A model generated the notes under the pieces. That model made no database searches. It was not told where the DNA came from and worked only from the letters and a program-made list of their open reading frames with translations. Positions 1-13,215 of a DNA stretch of 64,000 nt are shown here, piece after piece. The translations under genes were made by a program, and so were the position numbers. This DNA is from Octopus vulgaris (taxonomy: Eukaryota), in the NCBI GenBank assembly GCA_951406725.2, contig OX597826.1:20336001-20400000 (forward strand), written 5' to 3'. Positions within the stretch are counted from its first letter, which is position 1; every line of letters starts with the position of its first letter.

Positions 1-109
1 GGCTCACAAGTCCTCAGTCAAACCGTCCAACCCAGCATGGAAAGCAGATGTTAAACAACGATGATGGTGATGATGATTTTCGCGCATGTGCATTTTGTTA
101 ACTACACAG

Positions 110-1227
110 TATAGTAGGGTCAGTTGGGTACCATCTGTGAGAAAAACAGCATTATGATGCAAAACACTCAGCCAGAAATTTGGAAATGACGTGCTGTACT
201 ACTTGGCATTCGTGCCGGAAGTTACAAAACGATCATTTCAGAGTATTGGGTGTCAATCTGAGGACAGTGCAGAGGATTCAGAAAGAGTTGGATGAGTGTA
301 ATGATGATTATGAAGGTACGGCAGCTCCAGGGACATGTGAGTGTCTGAGTTTCTTATAAGGCCGGTAGTGTATGAAAACATTTGTTATTCCTCATACAAG
401 ATGAGAAAGGGTAAATTCTTATCCCAAGCCATCAAGGACAAGAGGAAAGATGATGCTATGAAGCTTTTGAACAAGCTCAACCATCCCTTCCAACCAAACA
501 TGCTTTAGTTTTTCTCAGACGAGAAAAATTTCTCCCAGGATCAAATGGTGAACACACAGAACAGCCATTGGCTTGCCAAATCCTCAAAACATGTACTGAG
601 AGTGATAAAAATCAAACATCCAGTCAACATCATGGTATATGGTGTGATCACTAGTGATGGCGACGTTATGCCTCCATTCATCTTCCCACACAGCCTCAGA
701 CTCAACATCTGGCCACTTAACTCCCCAGACTGCAACCCACTTGATATCAAGTGCTGCCCTTGGCCAAGAGGGTGGCTGCTGGAAGACCCTATGTCTGGCA
801 ACAGGACTCTGCACCATACCACACAAGCAGGAGACTCCAGTCATGGCTGTCAGACAATTTCTACGACTACATCATCCCTAACATCTGGCCACCTAACTCC
901 CCAGACTGCAACCCACTTGATTATTATGTGTGGGGTGCAGTTGAGTAAGAGACCAGCAAAACTCCTTGTAATACCAAAGATGAACAGAAAGCAAGGATTA
1001 TGGCAGCATTCACCAACTTAAACAAGGAGACCATCCAGAAGTGTTACAGGAGATTCCAAAGTCGTCTGGAGGCCATAATTGAAGCTAATAGCAATTTTAT
1101 TGAATAAATTTACTCTTTAGTATTTCAAGATAATTTATGTAATTTTGGTAAATGTATCTGTTAAAAATGAGATGTTAGTATTATTCTAATTTTTGTGTAA
1201 TTTAGACAATTTATTCACCACACCCTG
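110..1227 (+). mobile_element. Decayed DD37D (maT-type) Tc1/mariner transposon, left end missing
   Basis: FSDE near 511, then WQQDSAP and WPPNSPDCNPLDYYVWG with exactly 37 residues between the 2nd and 3rd D. Contains stops and frameshifts. Right terminus ...caccctg followed by TA. Confidence 0.9.
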
Positions 1228-2097
1228 TATATATGTATAATCATTTAATGTTGGTTTTCCATGCCGAGATGGGTTGGGCAGTTAGACTGGAGCTGTTAAG
1301 GCCAGGGGCTGCACCAGACTCCACAGTCTGTCCTTGCATGGTTTATATGGCTGGATGCCCTTCCTAATGCCAACCACTCCACAGTATACTGGGTGCTTTT
1401 TACGTAGCAGCAGCACTGCTAACAATTCTACTGTGATGCCAGTGTGCGCACGTGTGTGTGTAACCTCAACACCACACAATATTTACATCCATCACAGTCA
1501 TACTATGAGCGATGTTCATTTCCAGTCTTCTGTGAAAAACATGTCTGGCCATTGAGAAATATCACCTTGAAGGGTTGGTGACAGGAGGGGCATCCACCCA
1601 TAGAAAACCAATCCCAACAACTTCCATCTGAGCCAAGCAAACATAGAAAAGTGGACATTAAATGATGAAATATATACACATATATATATATTCAATACAT
1701 TGCCTCAGATGTCATACACTTTTTCAATGAGGGTTATATAGTAGACTGAGTGTTTGAGTTTATCAGTTCCGTAAGGAAAGGTCAAGTCCACCTAGGCATA
1801 TGTTCTTTAAACAGGTACAAAGTCATAAATTTAGTGGAAGTGACAGACTCAGATTGTTCCCCAATATATTACAGGTACTTATTTTAGTGATAGTAGAAGG
1901 ATGGCAGTTAAAGTCAATTCCAGTGGGATTTAAATTAAGATTGTAAATACCACAAGGTATTTTGTCCAAGGCTCTCTTCCAGTTCTACTAATTCACCATC
2001 AAAATGGTTTCTAAAAGAGATTTAAAGGCCACACATTTTTATTTTTAAATGTTAAAAGAAAAACAAACCCTTGCAAACTCCCAAATTTGTTACTCAC

Positions 2098-2181
2098 CTG
2101 CAATATGGATTTCTCCTTGAAGAATAGCGCATGGTTATGAAACGGTAGTAAATAAATGGCAAAAGCAATGAAGCTTTTCCT
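2098..2181 (-). CDS. TMEM33: TMEM33 coding exon 6 (GKASLLLPFIYYRFITMRYSSRRNPYCR); terminal exon not found in the window
   Basis: ttttcatttcag acceptor, CAG|GTGAGT donor, 84 nt, phase 2 to 2. PFIYYRF..RYSSRRNPYCR motif. Confidence 0.96.
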
Positions 2182-2929
2182 CTGAAATGAAAATAAATTG
2201 GAAAAAAAAATCATCAAAAGTTGATATTTGGTAAACCTATGAGAGATTTATTATTAACTCTTAACATGGGATGTCATGGAAACGAAGAAGTCAAGGCATA
2301 AGCTGTTACGTTGTATGCAATCTAGTCAAGTCCCCTGTATGTAATCTAGTAAAGTACCCTGGCAATGTAATATATTAGCACCATGGTTTGGGGGCCTCTG
2401 AATAGAGGTAGAACCTCTAGTGTCTGGCAGCTGCACCTTGCCATGGATGGTCAGGTGGACAGGCATTACTGGTCCTCATTCAACTCCTAATCTCTCACTT
2501 GATGGCTCCTAGCACCGTACCCCACTTGTGCTGGTGGGGATCAGCGAAATGAGGGGATGGTGTTAACACTGTGCTAGTAGGTGAAAAATCCTGGGTAAGG
2601 CTTCCAAAGGCGTCAACCAGCTGAGGCTTATGGTTGTGGCCAACAGCTTGGAGAGAAATTGGTGCCACCAATCTGAACTGCTCATAATACATTCTGGATG
2701 ATGATAATCAAATCAGAATCGGATGTCAGCCAGGGTCACTGACTCTACAGAGGTAACTGAAGACTTTAAAAGGGGCAAAATCTAGTTACATCGACATCAA
2801 TGAATGCCCCAATGATCACTTGGTCAAGGAATAGGAAGGAAGGAAGGATATTACCATCCTAAAAGTAATCAAGAACCCTGCCTGAAATAAAAATCAAACA
2901 CTGTACAAATTTTAAAACTGTCTGTTACG

Positions 2930-3175
2930 ATGATGAGGGATCCAGCTGATGAATAGAACAACCTGCTCAGAAAATTAGCATCAAAGTGACTGATCACTGC
3001 ACAGACATGTGTACCCTTAACACAGTTCTCGGGGTGATTCAGCATGACACAGAATGTAACATGGCCCTTTGAAATACAGGTACTACTCATTTTTGCCAAC
3101 TGAGTGGATTGGAGCAACATGAAATAAAGTGTCTTGCTCAAGGACACAAAGCACTGTCAGGAATTGAACTCATGC
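2930..3175 (-). mobile_element. tRNA-derived CORE-like SINE (related copies near 10650-10925, 34650-34760, 41775-42060, 47830-48050)
   Basis: Shared gagtggactggagcaac.tgaaat..agtgtcttgctcaaggacacaa block next to a B-box-like ggaattgaac. Confidence 0.7.
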
Positions 3176-4556
3176 AGCTTATATTACCTTGTAACGGAGT
3201 CAAGTATGATATTGGTTTCAAATTTCGGCACAAGGCCAGCAATTTCAGGAGTGGGGAGGGGGTGAGTTGATTGCATCAACCCCAGTATTCAACTGGTACT
3301 TATTTTATTGACCTTGAAACAATGACAGGCAAAGTTGACCTCGGTGGAATTTGAACTTAGAATGTGAAGACGGATGAAATGCTGCTAAGCACTTTGCCTG
3401 ACATTTCTAAGGATTCTGCCAGTTTGCTGCTTTATAGACGAACCTAATATTAACCCTGGATACGTAATAAAGTATTGTAATGTAATCAAGGGCCCAGTAT
3501 TATAATAGACGTCAAGCAAAAAAACAAACTAAAGACATTTAGAAAAGGAAAAAAAAAAAAAAAACAACTTGACATTTACTTTCAACAATCTCAGTGTTTA
3601 ATATTTCCTGAGGATTTTTTTTTATTTTGTCAAAAGATAAAAGCAGTGACAGACAGTGGTGGTCATGACCTTCACTCCTGACTTTATCTCTCTTTACACT
3701 AGAGATAATCCTGGTTGATGTTTTCAGTGAGATTAGGAGGAAGAGGAGATAGAGGAGGAGGTAGGGGGAGGAAGGATTGGTTTCACTGCTTTGAGTAGTC
3801 TGAGAGGAGATCAAAATATGGTGAAGGAAAAGGGATCGAAAAAAGGAAGTGGGTGCAAGTTTATGAACAAATTATTTCATAATAGGTAAGAGTTTGTAAT
3901 TAAACAGACTTTTTCATAACTTCCTGGATTAGAGTTTTTTTTGTTCTTTTGAAAGATATGAAGAATCTTCAAACAATTCAATTGGAAAAATGTCCCTGAC
4001 AGAAACTTCTGTTTTGTAATTTTGGTTCTGGGATAGATATGCCAAGATTTCTTAATTTGGTTAAAACCTGCTTCCTAAACAACGGTGGCACCATGAGCCA
4101 GCCAAGATGCTTTTTCATAGATACTAGGAATTCCAGAAACATCAGCAAATACAACTGTCTCGATGAAACAGAATGATGACAGCTGTTGAGAGGTAAATGC
4201 CTTGTCCACAGAGAGAAGACAATATCACTGGTAGGATATGAACCAACAACCTCTTAGCAGGTTGTCTGGGACCTTACCACTCTGCCATTAATAAACTTGC
4301 TGTGATAACAGGAAAAAAACCTAGAGACGTCTACGAGGGACTGGTGATAAAAAAGGGGCCAAGAGGTCAGTAACAGTAGACATATGATGTGATAGACGAC
4401 AGGTCTGCTGAGTTAGGACTGAATTGGAGGGTTCAAGGGTAACAACTGCAAAAACAACACATTTCTGGTGGAGAGAGAGAGAGAGGGAGAGAGATATGTA
4501 TAGAGAATATATAAACAGTGGGATTAAATACGAAATAATTACAATGATTTACTTAC

Positions 4557-4690
4557 GAAAAGATCATCAATACAATGCCAGGCATGAGAAATATTTCATT
4601 ACAAGCAATAAATCTGAGAATATTTGACTGTTGAAGTTCAAGACTTGCAATTAGATTCATCATAAACTGCAGAGAATTGCTCCCTAAGAT
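4557..4690 (-). CDS. TMEM33: TMEM33 coding exon 5 (ILGSNSLQFMMNLIASLELQQSNILRFIACNEIFLMPGIVLMIFS)
   Basis: ctcattacag acceptor, GTAAGT donor, 134 nt, phase 0 to 2. NIL.FIACNEIFLMP motif. Confidence 0.95.
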
Positions 4691-5296
4691 CTGTAATGAG
4701 AACAACGATGACAACGATTATTAACATAGGGGACAAAAGCAGAAATCTGAGGGAACAGGAGTTGTCTGTTTAATAATACTTTACTGTTACATCATTGAAA
4801 AAGAAAGAAAAAAAGCATTTAGTGGGATTTGAACTCAGAATACAAAGGCTTGTAACCAAATGATGCAAGACATTTTTACCACTGCTTCTACAATAGTCAA
4901 TCATCATAATGTGACGATAAACAGCTTACTTTCAAATTGTTCTGTGCTATACAACACATTGGTTCAGTCAGGGATTTTTGATGAGAATAGGTGGCTAGCA
5001 TGTGGGTCCCTAAGAGACGCTAACCACAACTATCTCACAGGACACCATAATCATTCTGAGAGAGAGAGGGAGAAATTAACCCAGAACTTGACTGGTACTT
5101 CATCAACCTCAGAGGCATAAAAGGAAAAAGTGATCATTGCTGGATTTGAACTGCGGAACACAGCTGAAACAATTGCAGTGAGGTAGTTCTCTGAAAGCTC
5201 TAACAATTCAGCAAATGGAACATTAAAATAATGATAATAATAATGATGATGATAATAATAATAATAATTATGATGATGATAATAATAATAATGATA

Positions 5297-5335
<39 letters not shown>

Positions 5336-5349
5336 TAATAATACTGATT

Positions 5350-5851
5350 GGAAGAGTTATCATGTACATTGTTTGTGTCTTGGTATAAAAGATGGGCTAC
5401 AGCAAATATTCTGCTCAATACCACAGATTTGCTTGTCAGTTGTTTGACCGTAACCAGTTGAGCATGTCCTTTAGTGGCTGACGATATGTGCATCTCTGAT
5501 CATGAGGAGAAGTAGTGGGGGAGCATCATAGCCATGTGTTAAGAAGGATTCTTTGGGATTTGAATAATTCATCTCTGGAAACATGGGTATTTCATTCAAC
5601 GTCCTTAAACAACCCTTATTCAGGGACCTTTTGAACGGGATGGGTTACTCGACCAGAAGAAAATTCTAACTGGGTCCCACCTGCAAGGTCATGTGCTGTT
5701 TATCTTGATATGAGATCACCATGTCGTGCACATATGGTTGTGATGCATGTGCTTAGTGTACCCTTATCAGACGGGTAGTCATGATGGGTATACTGGGCTT
5801 CGTATATTTTACCCCAGTGTCACTTTGATGGCATGCACTGCTCTCTCACTC
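5350..5851 (+). mobile_element. About 500 bp insert embedded in (AAT)n arrays; probable 3' end of a TAA-targeting R4/Dong-type LINE
   Basis: Non-simple sequence with same-orientation AAT/GAT repeats on both sides and no ORF. The family assignment is inference from the known TAA preference of Dong. Confidence 0.4.
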
Positions 5852-6949
5852 AATAATGATAACAATAATGATGATAATAATTTCAAATTTTTGCCACAAG
5901 GACAGCCTGGGGGAGGGGATTAAGTTGATTACATCGACCCCAGGGTGTCACTGGTTCTTATTTAATCGACCCCGAAAGAATGAAAAGCAAAGTCGCCCTC
6001 TGTGGAATTTGAACTCAAAATGTAGTGGCAGACGAAATATTGCTAAGCATTTCGCCTGGCATGCTAACAATTCTGCCAGCTCACCACCTTAATAATAATA
6101 ACAATAATAATAATCCTTTCTACTAAAGGCACAAGGCCTGAAATTGTTTCAAGGGGAGGAGCTAGTTGATTACATCACTCCCAGCGCTCAACAGGATACT
6201 TATTTTATCGACCCTGAAAGGCAAAGTCGACCTTGATGAAATCTGAACCCAGAACATAGAAATGGATGAAATGCCGGGAAGCATTTTGTGCAGCAATAAT
6301 GATTACAGGTAGAGACAAAGTAGGGAAACAGGTGAAATTAATGTCATGTAAATTAAATGGAGCAAACTGTGAATATTATCTCCATTGAATAGAAAGAATA
6401 TAAATATTTATGAAATAAGATTATTTGATATGCATGGCATTAATGGGAGAGGTGGACATGTTAATTAGGGTTCAGAGTTTTATCACAGTTGCAGTAGGAT
6501 TCTAGAAAAATCAGAGCTTCATTGTGATAATGAGGATAACTCGTTAACCCATTTAGTATTTCTTCTTTTTTACTGTTGAAGGATTATTATTCTGCTGAGG
6601 TTGACTTTACCTTTCATCTGTTCAGGGTTGATGTAACTGACATTCCCTCACCTGAAACTTGCTGGCCTTGTGCCAAAAATTGAAACTAATATCATAATTA
6701 TTATTATTATTCCACAGGGAACCAATTTTAAAATGTCTTCTACTGGTTTCTTCCAATGGTTTTCAATTACCAGCTCTAACACAGTCATAGCATTTCTGAC
6801 TTAAAATATTTTCGAAATAATTTAATTCTACATCTGAACTCGAAAGCTACAGAAATATAAAATGCAGATAAGACAATATAATGTGAAAGAAAAAGAGGGG
6901 GAGAAGGGAGGAGAGAAAGAGAAAGTGTTTAATCAAAGAGTGTACTTAC

Positions 6950-7017
6950 AGTAAGTATGTTTTTGGTATAGTCACAGGCATGAAGCAATGAAAAGAGAAA
7001 TAATGGAGCCAACACCA
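6950..7017 (-). CDS. TMEM33: TMEM33 coding exon 4 (MVLAPLFLFSLLHACDYTKNILT)
   Basis: cctttttctag acceptor, GTAAGT donor, 68 nt, phase 1 to 0. LFSLLHA..YTK motif. Confidence 0.95.
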
Positions 7018-7667
7018 CTAGAAAAAGGTAAAAGTGATTAATAATTATAATAATATTGTCACTGACGCAGGTAGGAATATGAGAATCAAAATAAAATATA
7101 TTGATACATTGGAAAGGGTTGTGTGTGTTTAAATGTGTGCATGGGATAGAGCAGAATGAATTCATCCCCAGTAATACAACTGGTACTTGTTTCTAGTTCC
7201 TTCAGGAAGATATAAAACAACAAGTCAACTTTGGTGGAACACTGAATGTTAAATATAGTAAAGCATTTTGTCTGTTGCTCCACTGATTCTGTCTCATGGG
7301 GGGGGGGGGGGGGAATAAAAAAATGACGGGTTTCTGTTGCCTTACATTGAGTATATTCGACAAGATTCCAACTTGTTGGTAGGTGAACAAACATGTCCAT
7401 ATTGAAGCAAGGCAGATAGAATAGCAAGAACCACAACAAACAGAAGAAAGTGTTTGGTTCAATGCTCCAACAGTTCTGTTTATTTACCAGCCTGGAGAGG
7501 TACTTTGTTTTATCAACTTGGAGGAAAGGTGAAGATGACCCCTATAGGATTTGAACTCAGATCATAAACAACTAGAACATTTGGTCTGACACTCTAGTGG
7601 TTCCACCAGTTCGCTGTCTAAGGACTGCAGGACTTTAAAGAATAACCAAGTACTTTATGTATTTCAA

Positions 7668-7880
7668 CCCTTTCGATACCAACCTGCCCAAGTCTATTCC
7701 TGGTTCTATGATACAAACTTCTTGTTTCAAAATAATTTCAATCAAAACCTTCCATCCAAGTTGATTTATCTACCAAATACCAGCTGAAAAATGACAGTTA
7801 TTTCACAAAACCCTTCATATGTCCAAAATTGAGTGAGAAAAAAAGCAGTGTACTTCAACAGGAATATGGTAACAAAAGAG
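7668..7880. mobile_element. piggyBac-like MITE
   Basis: (tcaa)ccctttcgatacc...ggtaacaaaagag(ttaa): imperfect TIRs with TTAA-type flanks. Confidence 0.6.
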
Positions 7881-7939
7881 TTAAAAGAATAACCAAGTGT
7901 ATAATTTGTGAAACAGCAAATAAAATACAGGAAACTTAC

Positions 7940-8124
7940 TTGTGATTGGGTAAGAGTTGATAAATATCAAAGAATACAGCAGATAATGGCAACTATCTTC
8001 CATGATAAGTTGTCCAAAGTATTGTCTGTTTAACTGAAAATTGGGCAACCGCTGATAAAGTCGCAATGCACTGGTGGCTGCGTTACTCAATAATGCTCTC
8101 TGGTAAAAACTATAGGAATTACCT
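7940..8124 (-). CDS. TMEM33: TMEM33 coding exon 3 (GNSYSFYQRALLSNAATSALRLYQRLPNFQLNRQYFGQLIMEDSCHYLLYSLIFINSYPIT)
   Basis: Diagnostic FYQRALL..TSALRL.QRLP..EDSCHYLLYSLIF motif. ttcgttttcag acceptor, GTAAGT donor, 185 nt, phase 2 to 1. Confidence 0.97.
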
Positions 8125-8444
8125 CTGAAAACGAAATAGAAACAGATTTCAAATAATTATCAAAAGGTTAAACCAAAGTAAATTCTAAAACAACACTTAC
8201 ACAGTGGCACACATGTGCACAAACTGGCACAGAGGCATATATTCTAGCCCCTACTTCTACTCAATGTTATCTTTATGCACAAACCACACTGCTCTGTCAC
8301 CTCACATTTCACCAACAACACTGGAATTATATTCACATTAAAACAATTATCGTTGATAATTCTTGACACTTCAAGTAATATTGCTTTCTTCATGGAAGAA
8401 AAAGTGGCAAGGATTCTTTACATTTCAATAATGTTATTGTCATC

Positions 8445-8940
8445 ATCATCATCATCGTTTAATACCTGTTTTCTATGCTGGCATGGGTTGGACGGTTCGA
8501 CTGAGGTCTGGAAAACCAGTGGCTGCACCAGGCTCCAATCTGATCCGGCAATGTTTCTACAGCTGGATGCCCTTCCTAATGCCAACCACTCAGAGTGTAG
8601 TGGGTGCTTTTTATGTGCCACTGGTACAGGAGCCTGTCAGGTGGCCCTAGCATTGATCACGTTTGGATAGTTATTTTTGTGCATCACTGGCATCGGCCAT
8701 ATTCGGATGGTGCTTTTTGCGTGCTACCAGCACAGGAGTTAGATGGATCTGGCATCGACCACATTCTGACAGTGCTTTTTATGTTCCACTGGCATGGGAG
8801 CCAGTCAGGCAGCACCGGTAATGACCATGTTCGGGTGATGCATTTTATGGGCCTCCGGAACAGGAGCCAGTCAAGGGGCACTGGCCACAGCTATGATTTT
8901 GGTTTTACTTGACTCAACAAGTCTTGTATACAACAATACT
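8445..8940 (-). mobile_element. RTE 3'UTR-derived repeat with internal tandem subrepeats and a (GAT)n tail (shorter copies at 1-75, 1240-1400, 12000-12170, 15200-15370, 20500-20690)
   Basis: The ggatgcccttcctaatgccaaccact block matches the 3'UTR of the RTE at 16380-16770. Repeated gtgctttt..gtgcca..ggca units. Confidence 0.75.
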
Positions 8941-9542
8941 TGTTGGTTGTGAAACTTAAGAACATTTTCAGCTCATAATAAATAGTATAAAACTTAACAA
9001 TATGTATTAAATAACTCCTTTTTCCCCTTTTTTGTACAATTCTGTGACATAAAATATGCTCAAACAACAAAAGATCTAATATAAATATATATCTTTTACT
9101 TGTTTCAGTCATTAGACAGTGGCCATACTGGAACCTTGCCATGAAGAATTTTCAGTTGAATGAATCAACCCCAGGACTTTTTTTTCTAAAGCCTGGCACT
9201 TATTTTATTGATTGGTTCTGCTGAACTGCTAAGTTATGGGGATGTAAACACACCAACACCGGTTGTCAAGTGATGGTGGTGGACACAAACAGAAAGACAC
9301 ACACATACATATACAACAAGCTTCTTTCAGTTTCCATCTACCAAATCCACTCACAAGGTTTTGGTTGGGTGGGCAAGGTGCCATGCAGTGGGACTGAACC
9401 CAGAACCTGTGCCTGTATTCATAAAATTTAATTCTTTACATTATTCTTCTTAATATTAGATAAAGCCCAACAAATAATTATTTTTCTGCATCCTGATAAC
9501 TTAGACTTAATTAGGGTGAAATTAACAAAAGAACGAACTTAC

Positions 9543-9637
9543 CCAAATATTGGTAAAACAAAGAGAATAGTAAAAGAAATGGTCATTATACGAGTAAGCC
9601 ACAGGCTGGCAGCCACCTTGTTTCCCATCATGTAATT
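9543..9637 (-). CDS. TMEM33: TMEM33 coding exon 2 (NYMMGNKVAASLWLTRIMTISFTILFVLPIFG)
   Basis: ttttcttttccag acceptor, GG|GTAAGT donor, 95 nt. Resembles recalled human FMMTNKLDTAMWLSRLFTVYCSALFVLPLLG. Confidence 0.95.
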
Positions 9638-11330
9638 CTGGAAAAGAAAAATTAATAGAAATATTAAAAACAACAAAAAAAAAGTGAATGGAAATGAATT
9701 TATTTTTTATGCCTCTGTTTTTGTTTAAAGTTTCAAAAATTTGATAATTCTTCCTGTTATCTTGAGTTGGATGGTTTTCACCAAGTCTTCATCTGTTGGT
9801 CTTTGGGAAATGGCAGGAACCTGACCTTCTAGACTTCATCAGAAACATTTACCTCTCTTAGACAGTGTTTAGAATCAAGACAACTGGAACCAATTTACAG
9901 AACGACACACTTCATTGATGATGATGATTTAATACTCTTCCAATTCTAGTCTCGCACCCAACAACCATCTATATTCCTGTTTGGTTAGAATCCAGAGAAG
10001 GAAGCCATCCCAACTCCAAGACTACTGGGAGAAATATATCCTGTTATTTATTATTACTGTTCCATGCTTGATCACACACTGGTCTATTCTTGGACAGTTC
10101 CAGCAGCCATATTAATTTTTTTCCATTTATGAGAATACGTTAATACTAGCCTCTTGCTCAAAGTTCCTCCATTTCTGGAAAAAGGACGTTGTGTGTTTCC
10201 TTACCCCTCTCTTGTAATGCAACAAATTTTGAGAGACAGGAAGAAGAGGAAATTCTTCACTAGTTTCATACTCTTGTAGTTATAGATTTCCATAAGAATG
10301 AAAGGCAAAGATGACATCAGAAGGATTTGAACCATGAACACAGCTGGAACAAACACGGCTCAGTGGCATTCTATTGGAGACACAGGCCACCTTTGTAGGT
10401 GGATGAAGCAGGAGGAAGAAATGTTTATCAACAGACTGGATGCGTCAGGAGGCAGACAGCGACCAAGCCTATCATTATATAAGCGATTAGTAAGACAAAT
10501 GTTAACTAATTACATATAATTAATAATCACACATTGTCCTTCTAGCAGGTATTCACTGGTTTTCAATATAGCTTTACATCTCAAAACTCAAAAATGTATA
10601 AACTGGAAACTGTACAAAGCTTCACAAGTATATGTGTGTGTGGTTCCTGTCATGGCCTCTTAGGACTCATAAGGCCAGAAATTAATCCAATTTCCATGGC
10701 GTAGAAGTGACTGAGATTATAACACTCCCTGCCCTTGGATGGGACACCAGTCCACTGCAGAATTAACTTCCCAGCTGCTTTTGGAACTCATTTACAGCTG
10801 AGTGGACTGGGTCAATATGAAATGGAGTGTCTTGCTCAAGAACACAATGCACTGCCCACTTAAGGGATCAGAACCATGATCTTAGAATTGCAAGTGAAAT
10901 GCTCTAACCATTAGGCTACACACCGTCATGGTGCGTGTGTGTGATATCTATCATTATTATTTTATTGTCCATTTTACTGTGCTTGTTTAGGTTGGACATT
11001 TTCTAATGGTTGAATGCTCATCCTGTCACCAAACCTCACCTGTTTCCAAGCAAAATAATATTTCCTCAATACTCAAACACGAATGATACTGCTTGTATGA
11101 CAGTGATCATGCTCTTACATATATAGCAGGATGTCAAAGAGACACACACAAAAAGCTTCTTTCAGTTTCCATCTACCATATCTAAATGCCCAGGATTCTA
11201 GTAGAAGAAACTTACACATGGTGCCACACAGTGGGACTGAACCTAAAACTATATGGTTGGGAAACAAACACCTTATTCATACAGCCATGCCTGCACTTCA
11301 TAATCATACCTGCACCTATATATATATACA

Positions 11331-12270
11331 CAGGGGTTGGACAAAATAAGGGAAACACCTAGCATCACAATTCTGAAAAATCTATAAAACCATCAAAAGC
11401 CTGTTTAGTTTTGTTTTTTGATTTATTATTTGTGTTGCTTAATATGTTTTGCTAAAATTGCTGTTTCTCTTCAGATATCATCAGAAAAAGGTAATTAAAA
11501 TGACAGATCTAATGGACTTCAAAGAGGTCAAATTGTTGGTGCTCGTATATGACAGCCTTTGAGAAAGTGGGAAAAACCACCTCGTCGAAACAAAACTTTC
11601 AGATAGGGATCGTCAGACTCTTACACAAATTGTTAGAAAGGATCACAAAAGTACAGTTCCCAAAATTACTACAGAGCTTAATGACCACCTTGAGAAGCCA
11701 GTTTTCACAAAAACTGTTTGCCGGGAACTGCACAAAGCCAGATTTCACGGGTGGGCTGCAATCAGAATACCACCACTTTCAAAAACAAACGTTGCAAAGC
11801 TTTTAGAGTGGAGTAAAAACCTACAGAATTGGTTCCTAGAGCAGTGGAAGTATGTTATTTTTTCGGATGAGTCATCCTTTACCCTATTTCCGACTACCAG
11901 CCGAGTATACGAGTGGAGACGGACAAAAGAAGCATTTGACACAGACTGCCTTCTTCCAACTGTTAAACATGGAGGAGTTCTTGAAGTGATGATGATGATC
12001 ATCATCATCACCATCGTCGTCTAGCGTCCGCTTTCCATGCTAGTATGGGTTGGACGGTTCAACTGGGGTCTGGGAAGCCAGAAGGCTGCACCAGGCCCAG
12101 TCTGACGGCTGGATGCCTTTCCTAATGCCAACCACTCCGTGAGTGTAGTGGGTGTTTTTTACGTGCCACCGTGATGATGATGGAGGATACTGACTCCTTA
12201 CTTGTTTTTCTAAAATGCACCATAAATGTTCAATAATATTAAGATCTGGAGACGGTGGTGGCCAGACATG
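11331..12270 (+). mobile_element. Rearranged Tc1 transposon: left TIR and N-terminal transposase on +, C-terminal piece (12180-12270) inverted
   Basis: caggggttggacaaaata terminus. KRGQIVG, W..VIFSDES and LLPTVKHGG on +; VWPPPSPDLNIIEHLW on -. Confidence 0.85.
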
Positions 12271-12451
12271 TTGTCTTCCTCTTTCCATCTCTTTTCTCTC
12301 ATTCTTTTCTGTAGAAGAGCATAAGTCTGAAACATCAAAGACTTTCATTTGATCTGAGTGCCAAAATAATACACCTTGTTTGTTGTTCCCCCATTCGTTT
12401 GTTTTTTGTCTTGTATAATTTTGAACCATATATATATATATATATATATAT

Positions 12452-12586
12452 AGTCTGTGTGGTAAGAAGCTTGCTTCCCAACCACATGGTTCCGGGTTCA
12501 GTCCCACTGCATGGCACATTGGGCAAGTGTCTTCTACTATAGCCTTGTGAGTGGATTTGGTAAATGGAAACTGAAAGAAGCCTGTC

Positions 12587-12641
<55 letters not shown>

Positions 12642-13215
12642 CTCACACACATACTCTTTTACTTGTTTCAGTCATTTGACTGCGGCCATGCTGGAGCACC
12701 GCCTTTAGTCGAGCAAATCGACCCCGGGACTTATTCTTTGTAAGCCCAGTACTTATTCTATCGGTCTCTTTTGCCGAACCGTTAAGTGACGGGGACGTAA
12801 ACACACCAGCATCAGTTGTCAAGCAATGCTAGGGGGACAAACACAGACACACACATATACATATATACGACAGGCTTCTTTCAGTTTCCGTCTACCAAAT
12901 CCACTCACATGGCTTTGGTCGGCCCGAGGCTATAGTAGGAAACACTTACCCAAGATGCCACGCAGTGGGACTGAACCCGGAACCATGTGGTTGGTTAGCA
13001 AGCTACTTACCACACAGCCACTCCATACATACATATGTATGTGTTTGTCCTCCACCATCGCTTGACAACTGATGTTGGTGTGTTTATGTCCTGTAACTCA
13101 TTGGTTTAGCAAAAGTGGTAGAATAAGTACTAGGCTTACAAAGAATAAGTCCTGGGGTTGATTTGTTCGACTAAAGGCGGTGCTACAGCATGGTTGCAGT
13201 CAAATGACTGAAACA
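12452..13215 (+). mobile_element. tRNA-derived SINE with an internal microsatellite, carrying a second antisense copy (12654-13024) nested in that microsatellite
   Basis: Head tgtgtggtaagaagcttgc..ggttcagtccc at 12452 and tail resuming near 13040. Other copies at 9090-9410, 26860-27170, 30795-31345, 46108-46400, 52255-52675. Confidence 0.85.

Noticed and set aside
8590-8890. Spaced repeats resembling a CRISPR array
   Set aside because: Degenerate subrepeats of an RTE 3'UTR in eukaryotic DNA; the spacers are mutually similar and there are no cas genes.
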